From NCBI GenBank assembly GCA_049724395.1, contig JAUGWO010000013.1, positions 230,296 to 250,295 of the forward strand: a stretch of 20,000 nt of DNA, in the 5' to 3' direction. Below the pieces are notes generated by a model. The model made no database searches and had not been told where the DNA came from. It worked only from the letters and a program-made list of their open reading frames with translations. A program made the position numbers and the translations under genes. The DNA is from Spongospora subterranea f. sp. subterranea (taxonomy: Eukaryota). This document shows, piece after piece, positions 1 to 10,276 of the stretch. Numbering within the stretch: the first letter of the stretch is position 1; the number at the start of each line of letters is the position of its first letter.

Positions 1-1395
1 TGGCGGGATTAAAGGTGAAAGTGGTTTCTATCACAACATCGAACACATATCCCCCATGGACACAAAGACAACAGCAAGGAAGATAAGTAGGATCTCTTTA
101 TAGGCAAGATGAATGCAGATCAAACACAGTTTCTCTGCAATACATGATGGTCGACCCCAACCAAACTACGCCTATCTCAAGTTAATTGGACCCTGATGTA
201 TTCCCTACATGTTTAAGTCGTTCCCGAGTTCAACAGTAATCTAAATCATGCAATGGCAGTGAAATAATCAACTTACAATCAGCAAGCTCATTGCGGTGAG
301 CTTCGCCACTCTCATACGTGCGCCCTTGATCAGCTTCTCTTCACTACACGAAGCGATTGGACGCGGCGCAACTCGACATTCGATTTGTGTCTGGCTGGAG
401 ATGGAACTCTTCCAGCGGTCGCAAATCAATGCTGCGACCCACAATGGTGTGAAAGTATGTTAGTTATACTACCCAATAGGAACACCATTAATTGCTTGTC
501 ATCGTGCCCCCAGCACTGCATCCTCTTGTATGTTGATGATGAATCTCACAGGTTTCAGTCGTCGATTATGTCAGGTCATAACCCGCAATTTGCCAGAAAT
601 CGGATGGGATCCTACGAAGTTGCACTCTCGCTGTGCACGAAACCTTAGCGCTGAGGATTGTTTGTGGCGAACGGCCACAAATTATTTGGCATGAACAATC
701 AAGAAGAGTCTTGCGCCCGAAGGCGAAGGAGCTTTAATAATGGTGTCAGCATAACTGTGCCCCTGCCATTTTATTATAAACACCGGTATGGAACTGTGGG
801 ATGATTCTTTGATGCATGTTGCTCAGCTTGCTCGACGGTCAGACGGATTGATCCATCTTCTTCGCACTATGTACGAACTGATTTTCTAGCAGTTTTTCTG
901 ATTGCTGTAAATATAATAAAGTCCAATTCTTTGAGAATTCTTCGTCGTAAATGCCATACTGACACCCACAAAACATTTATATCAAAGCAAATTCCGGGTG
1001 AAACTAGGGGTATGAAATAATTCATGATCGTCGATATTGCAGGCCGGTGTGCGGCCTCTGGTCAAGCGGTTACTCTGACTGAAAATCGAGACTGATTGTC
1101 AATTGAAGGACAGGAGAGATATCATCGCACAGTACAATCCGACATAGAACCGGATATTGACCAGACATTCTTATAGCTGCAGGAACCGTGGTCTTAACGA
1201 GTATTTCATCAGTTCCCCATTGCCATATCCAGCCTGAGCACTTCTGAATTGGTTGAGTGGGTTTCTTATGATCTTCTGTCAGCCGTAGACAATTGATCAC
1301 CCCTGTTAACCCTGTAACCTGCGGGCTAAGGCCACATCTACAGCCGTAGCCAGTAGGTCGAGCGCGCCCCCCCTACAGTCAAGAAGACACAGACG

Positions 1396-1430
1396 CGGCC
1401 ATCGCCCACCGCCCATCGCCCACCGCCCAC
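1396..1430. repeat. Five tandem copies of a 7-mer CG(C/G)CCA(C/T) just upstream of the helicase ATG
   Basis: cggccat cgcccac cgcccat cgcccac cgcccac read directly; the minus strand has four GGG runs spaced by 4 nt. Confidence 0.85.
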
Positions 1431-1488
1431 CACCTGCGCCGACGGAGGCTGCGTCCGAAACCCTGACACTGCACCTTGTTAGCACCAC

Positions 1489-4400
1489 ATGGCGATCGGG
1501 CGAAGGGGCGGGCGCCAGCTGATCCGCCGTGATCCGTCATGGACTACTGATAATTTATCCGATTCGGATTCTTCACCACCAGCGCCATCTACCCCCAAAA
1601 ATCCCATTGTTTTTCAAGGTCCAATTCCGAGCATTCGCAAATCCTCGTCGAAACTAAAACGCGCTACCGGGTTCTCATCACGTCTCAAAGATGAAGAAGC
1701 CCTTACTACGAACACACAAACAAGCCATAGCGCTTCAGCCTATTCCAATAATGAAGATCGTTGGGATTTACAGCATGAATTTATGGATCACGTTCTGTCA
1801 TGGGATTTAGCCAAGGACGACACCGATCGTAGCCCAATGCAGTTACGGAATTCGTTCGCGCACGTCGATGACTACGTCAGCATGTTCACTTCGCTGTTGT
1901 TCGAGGATCTTCGAGCTAATTTGGTGTCGGGCCTGGAGGAAAACTCTCGCCACATTACTCGAGCTCCACTCTCATTTACTCAAACATCAGATATAGTCAC
2001 CCCGACGGCCACCGTTCGTGCCAAGCTGATTTTTAGCGGCGAGATCTCTGCCAAAGACTTCATCCAGTTGACATTTGACAACGACCGCACCATCATCGCC
2101 TACGTTGTTGATTCATGTACGTCTCATTCGGATTCCCAATGGAAGTTGTTGACGCTCCGGATCCGATTACCGCGCCCTGAGATCATCTACGCCGACCAAT
2201 CATCGGTCATGGCCGTTCTTCTTGGCACGTCGATCACGTCTAGTCGCGAATTTGTTGCCCTGAAATCCTGCGCCACGGTCGGTATCGTTTTGTCACGCCC
2301 CCCAGGGTAGCGTTATTGTACGGGTAACGCTAACATGGTGCTTTACGATACAGTCGCGATTGTTGCCGTTTCTCCTACAGCCAACGGCAGACAGGGGCGA
2401 TGGGAATTCGGCCCCGATCGACCTGCCTGACCCGGCATGGGATCAAGTACCAACACTGTTAATGCAGCGCCTGGAACAGGACCTAAATCCCGATCAGCTT
2501 GAGGCGGTTAAGCAATGTGCCGCATTCCGATCACCTTTTTCACTTATTCAGGTTAATATGACACCGTTCCACCGAATATTTCCTCGTTTTGTTCACCGTT
2601 AATCTGACACAATTGATTAGGGTCCACCTGGTACGGGAAAGACCAAGACCGTTCTTCATCTGCTGAACGTTCTCCATTTGAGTATGTACCAGCGCCATTA
2701 CCTTTCGGTAATTGCCGCCTCGTTAAGATCCCTGCAGCGTGACAGCCCACCGTCCACCGCTCCTTCCCTCAAAATGGACTATAGTGATGTGGCCTCATCC
2801 TCTGTTCCCTTGTCCGACGCCTTTGAGTTCATCGCTCAGGTTATCGCATTACCCCATATTAATCCGAGTCAGGCGACCTCTATCGAACGCATAGAAGCCA
2901 CAGTTTTTATCCTAATCATCACAGTTTTACTTTTTTCGTTTACGAGAGCAAAATCGAGATCGTTTATTTTTCAAGTTTTTGCTGATTTTAATGGGTTTTA
3001 GTCTCATTTGACACCTTCCTCGTCGTCCGGGCCGTTCCAGATTCTGCCGCGACCAAGGATCCTTGTCTGTGCGCCGAGCAACGCCGCCGTTGACGAGATT
3101 GTTGGACGGCTCGCCGTTGAGCGTTTATTAGATGGGAATGGCCTGCCGTACACGCCCGATATTGTTCGGATTGGGCGTCCTTCCAGTATCAGGGATGGTG
3201 CAGTAAAGGACAACATCAGTTTAGATCATTTGGTCGATGCCTTCTTTCGTTATAGCCCTGGTACGATATCATTCCCAATCCATCATCAACCCACACCTTT
3301 TGTTTAAGTTTATGTTGTTGATTTAGCACAATTAAAGGAGAGAATGATCCTGGTCGATCAGCATAGGAAGAGGGTCGGCATGAATCTCAAGAAGGTCTTT
3401 TTCCTTCGCCTTTTAAATTTTCGATTTCAATTGTGCGATACTGTTCGCTTTTTATCTCAGCTAACATGGTTTACAATTTAAAATTGTTTTTCGTAATTGT
3501 GACTATCGAATCTCAGATGCAGGATTATGTGCTCCATGTTCGAGCTACATCAACTCCATGCGATTTGAATGCCCTCGCTGTTCAGATTACCTCGTTTGCC
3601 GAAGAGAGGTACTTTGATAACGCTATTTTATCGTAAATTCTATCTCGTTGTCGCTGTGTTTGATTTGGGTTTACGTCTTTGTTGTGCTGTAGCCAATGCA
3701 TTTCTACGTTAGATATCGTATTGGATTGGAGTATCAGCGGCTGGAGATGGTGCGTGACAACCGTAAAGAGGTTGCTAATGCGCGTCTTCAGGAATCGTTC
3801 TTGGACCAGGCTCAAATTGTGTTCAGCACCTTGAGTGGCACCCAAAGTAATCTGATATTATCTCGTAGTTTTCCTGTCATATATGTTGCTTTGCTTTTTT
3901 TTTTTTTTTCGTTTTAAATCATAAAACTACTGTGAGCTTGGTTTTGACGCATTAAACACACAGGCCGGTTTTTAGCAGGTTCCGGTTCACAGCGAGGTTT
4001 TGACGTTTGCATCATCGATGAGTGCGCCCAATGCGTAGAAGCGTCCACCTTATTGCCCTTGGTTTGTCAATATTTACACGCATAAACAGTTTGGCTTTTG
4101 TGGTTTCAAGGTTTAGCTCTGTCTGGTTCGTCCTTTGAAATTCCAAAAAATCATGTTGATTAATCAGGTGGTTTTGGTAATTGTCGAGATTTAGGTGGGA
4201 TATGGGGATATTCGCGTCGTGATCTTGGTGGGCGATCCTCGACAATTACCGGCGACCGTATTCATGACCGGTAATAGGGCTAGGATATATCAGCGGTCCA
4301 TGTTCCAGCGCCTTCAAGAGGCTGGCCTTCCCTCGATCATGCTCACTCAACAATACAGAATGCATCCTGGTAAACTCAGTATTCACCAATCAACTATCAC

Positions 4401-5405
4401 CTCGTTTCCCACCTTTCAGTTTACCGACTCATATTCGACCCTCATTTTCACTCACACTTGTTTATGAACGTTCGTGCTTGGTCCACTATGGTTTTTATCT
4501 GACCAATCCTTTGCGTGCTGTCTTTTACAGAGATCCGTCAATTTCCGTCTCGGTACTTTTATTCTAATTCTTTGCGAGACGGCGGGCAAACGCTATTGTA
4601 TTCACCCGATTACTACACTGATCGACGCTTCGGCCCGTATCTTTTCTTCGACTTGACAGGTCGTGAATTGCGTCAAAGATCGGTTCGCAATGCCACTGAA
4701 GCGGCGTTCATTGCCCAGCATATAGGTATGCGCCTCTTCATATCCCATGGACCATTTTATTTTTCTCTGACATAATTCTGCACTGATTTCTTCTGTCTCT
4801 CATCACGTTTGGTCGTAGACGCGTTGATTACGTCGTTTCCTGCGGTTAATCCTAACACGATTGCGGTTGTGACGCCGTATTTATCGCAGGTTGCCTGTGT
4901 TAAAGGTGCACTACGATCCCTGACTCCTCCACTGGATGATGTGGTTGAAGTGACCACGATAGACAGCTTCCAAGGTCGCGAAAAAGATATTGTCTTATTC
5001 TCTTGCGTCAGATCCGGATCTGGTCAGTCCTGTTCTTATTCCGTCTGTGTTTTCCGCTTTGAGTTTTGCTTTTGCATCGTCAGCTGTGCATTAATCTCTG
5101 TTTTGTTTCAATTTGCTCTAGATATTCAGGTCAAATTATGTTTTTTATTGCAGTTTACGGTACTGATTTCATAAATTCGACTTTGCCAATAATGTTTTTT
5201 GTTAACGCGGATCGTTACTGAGGCGGTTATATCTGTTTTAGGTGAGATTGGATTCGTCAAGGACGTGCGCCGTATGAACGTTGGTATAACTCGTGCCCGA
5301 CACGCTATGTGGATTGTGGGTAATGCTGCTACCCTGCAATTATCAAAACCATGGGCTGCCCTAATTGACGATGCAAGGCGACGTAAACTGTATATTTCCT
5401 CGTAA
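1489..5405 (+). CDS. SEN1: Sen1/senataxin-like (Upf1-family SF1B) RNA/DNA helicase, ~866 aa, 12 exons
   Basis: Exons with GT-AG boundaries and consistent phases: 1489-2277, 2354-2551, 2621-2839, 3002-3260, 3327-3394 (or 3373), 3517-3608, 3713-3864, 3976-4061, 4195-4369, 4531-4725, 4819-5022, 5242-5405. Motifs in order: LNPDQ, LIQGPPGTGKT (Walker A, split by intron 2), RILVCAPSNAAVDEI, IVRIG, IVFSTLSG, IIDECAQ (Walker B), LVGDPRQLPATV, SMFQRL, LTQQYRMHPEI, VVTPYLSQV, TIDSFQGREKD, IGFVKDVRRMNVGITRAR. Family is secure; the gene symbol is family-level, not proven orthology. Confidence 0.93.
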
Positions 5406-5515
5406 CATCCTTGATCACCGCCTTAATTTATTACATTATGTATAATCGTTTCGTCATTGATTCCTTTCGACGAATCCGAACATTGTTGCCATGACAGAGA
5501 CCAACTTCAATCAAG

Positions 5516-6052
5516 TCATTGTTTATTCGATGTTTTGGAGCGGCGTCGGGGGCACCTTTTTGTCGGAAGTAACCTAGGCAAGGGTAAACCTGACCCGGGC
5601 ACTCCAGCTATGAATAACGGCTTGACTTTCTCGGCATGTAATGGGGAATACGGGCTATTGAATATGGCCTCGTTAAGTCCATAAGGCTTATACGCCATAC
5701 CCTGAATTTGATCAAATATGTCTTCGTGCGTCCTTAATTCGTGGTACGACGTTTCCAGCGGAGACCTTTCGAACACCCCGACGACGTCCACGTTCTGAAT
5801 GGCCGGCATTATCGACTTCACCGGGTATATTCGCGCCAGAATGGGTTTCGGTTCGGACCAATTACGATGCAGCGTTTTTTTGTTTGATTCTTTGAGTTTT
5901 AGACCCCGAAATGCCCGACCTGTACGATCATGATGTGGACCAGTTATGGCGGCGATGTGAGGCGGGTTCAGTGCAACCAGAAATGGGACATTCACTGGCT
6001 TGTCATGGACTGTCCCCAACTGTGTATTCACTTTAGACGATGATCTGCTCAT
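5516..6052 (-). CDS. Hypothetical single-exon protein, 178 aa, Pro-rich with basic C-terminus
   Basis: Uninterrupted 537-nt ORF from ATG at 6052 (context ACCATGA) to TGA. No other gene occupies the interval. No recognised domain. Confidence 0.55.
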   Translation of the reverse strand: MSRSSSKVNTQLGTVHDKPVNVPFLVALNPPHIAAITGPHHDRTGRAFRGLKLKESNKKTLHRNWSEPKPILARIYPVKSIMPAIQNVDVVGVFERSPLETSYHELRTHEDIFDQIQGMAYKPYGLNEAIFNSPYSPLHAEKVKPLFIAGVPGSGLPLPRLLPTKRCPRRRSKTSNKQ

Positions 6053-6901
6053 GGTACTGCCCACAATATCCTCTTGAATCAGTCGTGCAATAAACACGGC
6101 ACGCCAGACTTGACTGGAATTGTCTCACGTCGGCAATTGTTCCTAAAATTGTGTCTCAGTCAAATAACTTTACAAAGCGAATTAGATCACCACCGTCAAT
6201 GTTTGCCCAAGCTGCAGTAATGAACGCGATAATCAATTAGCTACAGTAATAGCGTCCAAATATTTTGATGGATGAGACGAATCTGACTGTCCTGTTCTGG
6301 TCAAAATTTCTGAGCGGCTGTCTGCTGCAGATCGTTTCGGCCATTTTTTCATTTTTACCCGATAATGTCAACCTAATTGTCGCAATAGATAGTATTACCG
6401 ATGAAGACTGAAGGTTTTGTTGCAAGCGACTTGACAAGCACTCGACAGGCAGAATTTATTGTCGCAATCGGGCTTCAGATTCGCTGATTTGACTACTCAA
6501 GCTTTAACTTCAAAAAATTTCGGGTATTATTGCAGTCTTAGCTGTGTTCACTAATCAATGCGGTTCAACCAGCTCGCGATATTTGAAAGGAAAACGTACA
6601 ACTTGGCAAGCGAATTCGCTGCAGGTTCTTTAAGGACCAATCGCGATCGCCAACGGCAGCTAGGTCTGTACTGCTTAGGTGAAGTTAAACACTATGAATG
6701 TGCAATTTCTTGCGATTATACAGTACCACTACATCCTCTCGAGGCTTGTCGATAAGAAAATCAATGTTTCCTTCGATCAGGGATTCGTTCGAAACCGTGA
6801 TAATTCCTGGAGTACCGTTCGGGGCTAAACAACATATTCTTATTGCGAGTTGTTTTGTATATCAGGTGTGTCTTGTTGATTTTCAAAGTGGAATATGATA
6901 T

Positions 6902-9822
6902 TTATACAATAACTTGGCAATCAACAAAATTATTGGCAGCACAAGCTTCCAACGCGGCGGCATCGACCGCAAACTGATGATCCGATGTCGCCTTCAGAAA
7001 TGCTAGTACAACCCCGTTTGTCCAGCCGAAACCGATCTGCTCAATGTACTCTCCGCCTTCTCCGGCTGACAATATTTACTCATCGTTTGTCTTATTCGGG
7101 AAGTTTATCGCTTGCCGTACCTGTTCCAATTTTTGTTGCATCATATTTTTCGTACATAAATCCAGTTCGCTTTTCAGCCAAAAAAGTGGTTTGTATCCAT
7201 CTTCTAGCAATCTGAGTAGCGACATAAGCAGAAACTATATAAAAAAGCAAGATTATACTTCGCGTGCCAATTTCTGGGCTTCCGGTTTAGTTTTTTGCTG
7301 TGAGAGACCTTCAAACAGAATATGTTGTACTGGAGCCCAGGAATTGGGCCAATTCCATTGATAAAGATTCGACATCACCGGCAGAGCGCTGCTAGAAATA
7401 CCACCAGGCTGTAATGTTCCATGAGAGGCAAATGAGGTAATCAGCTTCGATTCTAAGTTATTTTCAAATAAATACTGTCAGCCAAGTTTCGCTGTTTCGA
7501 GAAACGGTACCTATCTCATCTGTCCTAGAATGTCCTTGCAGACATCCTCCCCATAACGGAAAATAATTGGACGACATACCGACTTGGCCATGTGTTTGAG
7601 CAACGAAATTGTAATCAAGCTAAACATTATAGGTCATGGACGATGACGAAACACAGTGCCAATATTACAAATTCTGCGTCGTCGTCTTTCCAGAAAACCT
7701 CTATCATGGCTTCGACTCGCTTCGCATGAGCGTCTGGCTCACACAGTTCATTTCAGATGGATGAATGGCGCGACACAAAATAGACCTGTTTTAATATAGC
7801 AAGGACAAACAAAAAGGTACCTTTGTAAAAATCAGAATCTCGATGACGCCCAGCTATTGAGTGGAGACTGGCTAGAGTCTTCTCAGCTTGGCAAAGCAAA
7901 ACGTTCAAATCTACCGGGAGTATATTCATGGTTACGGTTTTATCCTCAGAAGTTACCCAACGATTCGAGAAATCCCATCCGCTCTGAACACACAAGCTTG
8001 GTCTGGGCTATAAAAACGAGCTATGATGACATACCTCAGCAGTAGCGGCAACATTACTGAAATACTGCTCCGTCCCGTTGTTTGGCAATGTTCTAGCCAC
8101 GAGAAAATCGTGATCAAACATTTCAGGTCTCGGAACAGTAGATTCGCTATAATAACTGCAACGAATAAGCGCAGATAGAACTGATGAATGAAACAATGTT
8201 ATACCGGTTCAATACATGAGACCGTTTGTCCGGTAAAGTGACAAGTATTGCATGTGCCCCTACTTTCATCCACCAAGAATATTCGCTGTCCAAAATGCCG
8301 AGAGCATTAGTGAAGAAAACTGCACTCAATTTCAATTGTATTTGCTCAAATGAAACAACATAAAAAAAAATTGGGGTTGAACGCGAATTCATCGTAGCGA
8401 CTTTTCAAAGTAAGAAACTTACTTCATAGCTTTCTGGTGATCGGAACGTTCAATGAGTGACTCAAAAACATCTTTGACCATGAGGGTTAGCATCGGCGGC
8501 TGAGAACGCGTCAAGTAGTATCGGCGGGAACCATTTGGAACAACGCCTTGGTTGTCTTCGGCGTGATCGAGAAGATTTTCGACCAGACGTTGGGCGGTGT
8601 CGTGCATGTCGACGGAGATCAAACCACGTACGATGAAAAACGTATCCCTACATCGCGTTGAACGATAAGAAAACGACGTAATGAGAAATATTCAGTCGAT
8701 CTCACCAATAATATGTCTCACGAAACCTATGAGACAATCAGAATCCTAATGGGTTAATTATCCATATTTGGAAAGGCGGTCATATAATGATTCAGCAAAT
8801 TAAACAGTTAAATCAGTGACTGTTACTGCTGGCGATATCCACTGAGAGTCTGCAGTCGGAAATCACTCAAAAACGTGAGGGAAAAGCGAAATCTAGTCAT
8901 TTTATAACGCAGCTGTAAATGACGATAAAACAAAAATACTAACCTGCCCCCTGGTATGATGAATATTGGGTGACGTGTCCGAAGAAGAGTATGCCTCATT
9001 GGGTTAACATTCACGTCGTCCGAAGGTCTGTACGACAGTTTTTTCCAAAATGAATTCACCCGTGTTGCATATGATCTTTAGGGACAATATCAGAGTACAC
9101 TAATGATAGAGAACATTACACACCTTAACAAATCGTCTTTGATTGAACCAATCATTGGCGGTTCTGTCATAAAATCGGCAGGAATTACTGGAATAAGATC
9201 GTCTCCGGCTGGGACGAAATATTTGCGGAGAAACGCAGCCAGATTCGCTTGAGAAACATCGGGAAGGGCTCGGAATGCGGCAAGAACAACATCAGGCTCA
9301 GCCAGTAGCGACATGTCCACGAAGTCTTTACTAGCATTGAACAAACCTGAAAGCCCCATGGTCTGCAATAACTCTCCCTAACAGTTACATATCAGGAAAT
9401 CGGCAGATTTAAACAATGCGACCGTACATGGCAGAATACATCACATGCATCTCCCCGGAGATCGCTTAAATCCACTTGGTTAGGACCTTTTGATTTCGAT
9501 AAATTGTACACAATGCCCAGCAAAACCAAACCTGCCAATCATGAAAACTAGATCAGTTTTCAATGATTTATGAAAGGAAGGGAGAATCTACCAATCAAAA
9601 ATGATCCAAAACAGCTAATAACAACAGACCGTCGGGGAGGTGAGATATCTGGCGTTTTGGATGACCCATTAGTCAAGAATTCATCGTCATCGCCAAGGGA
9701 TTCATCGTCACGCTGCTCATCTGCGTATGATATCGGCAAAAATCGAATCAATCCAAGTACCGCCGACCTATAAGTAGGACCCGTTCTTCTCTGATAACAA
9801 CCTGCGCGTTGGCGTTGTCCAT
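6902..9822 (-). CDS. Alpha,alpha-trehalase (GH37) with predicted N-terminal type II transmembrane anchor, 15 exons
   Basis: Exons: 9822-9768, 9720-9592, 9531-9428, 9377-9124, 9075-8944, 8726-8706, 8647-8423, ~8319-8205, 8155-8035, 7983-7821, 7733-7669, 7619-7511, 7452-7259, 7211-7121, 7065-6902. Motifs: CDVFCHGELL, SKDFVD, IPGGRFRETYYWD, VPNGSRRYYLTRSQPP, PRPE, AESGWDFSNRW (catalytic acid), LPVDLN, QWNWPNSWAP, MYEKYD, GEGGEY (catalytic base), GFGWTNG. The exon 7/8 junction has a phase conflict (see findings). Confidence 0.95.
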
Positions 9823-10276
9823 CAGGGATATTCCCGCACAGGCACGAATTGTCACGTTGGGAGATTGTAATGGGCAGATCTCCACATGTAGCCAACCCAG
9901 CAGGGGTGCTGGACGTTACACGTTATCGCCTATCTGTTGGCCAAACTAACTGTTGACTAAACCCCCCACCCAGTGTCAGGATCCTCTTGGCTCAAAGCGG
10001 CCTCGCTTTGAGGAATTCCTGTCAAGCATCAAACACTGGTTAAAGCAATTTTCGTCAGTGTTGTGAGGCAACCAAATTTGAGTCTCCTGAGTGGGGAGTA
10101 ATTGTTGTTTTCTCAAACCACTTTCGAATCCTAGATGGTTTCTTGAGCATGCCTAATCGACTTGCAACATAACTCATTGCACAACACTAATCGTTATCTA
10201 TTACGGGCACCTCTCACGCCGGATTCCAAACGAAGCCGAAACTTCACAGATAAAATAAAGTTTAATAACTGGCAGC

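Noticed and set aside
638..657. Hammerhead ribozyme core (GAAA ... CTGAGGA)
   Set aside because: The spacing is too short to form stems III and I.
385..1488. Short ORFs in the 5' region, and antisense ORFs over the called genes elsewhere
   Set aside because: No recognisable motifs, mostly non-ATG starts, and explained by chance or by lying opposite real exons.
2840..2902. 33-nt intron plus an extra 30-nt exon in the helicase
   Set aside because: Shorter than every other intron here (minimum 47 nt) and needs a weak GTTTTT donor; a single 2840-3001 intron is simpler.
9957..9964. CTAAACCC as a telomerase RNA template
   Set aside because: Only an 8-nt match, the organism's telomere repeat is unknown, and no convincing pseudoknot or promoter was seen.
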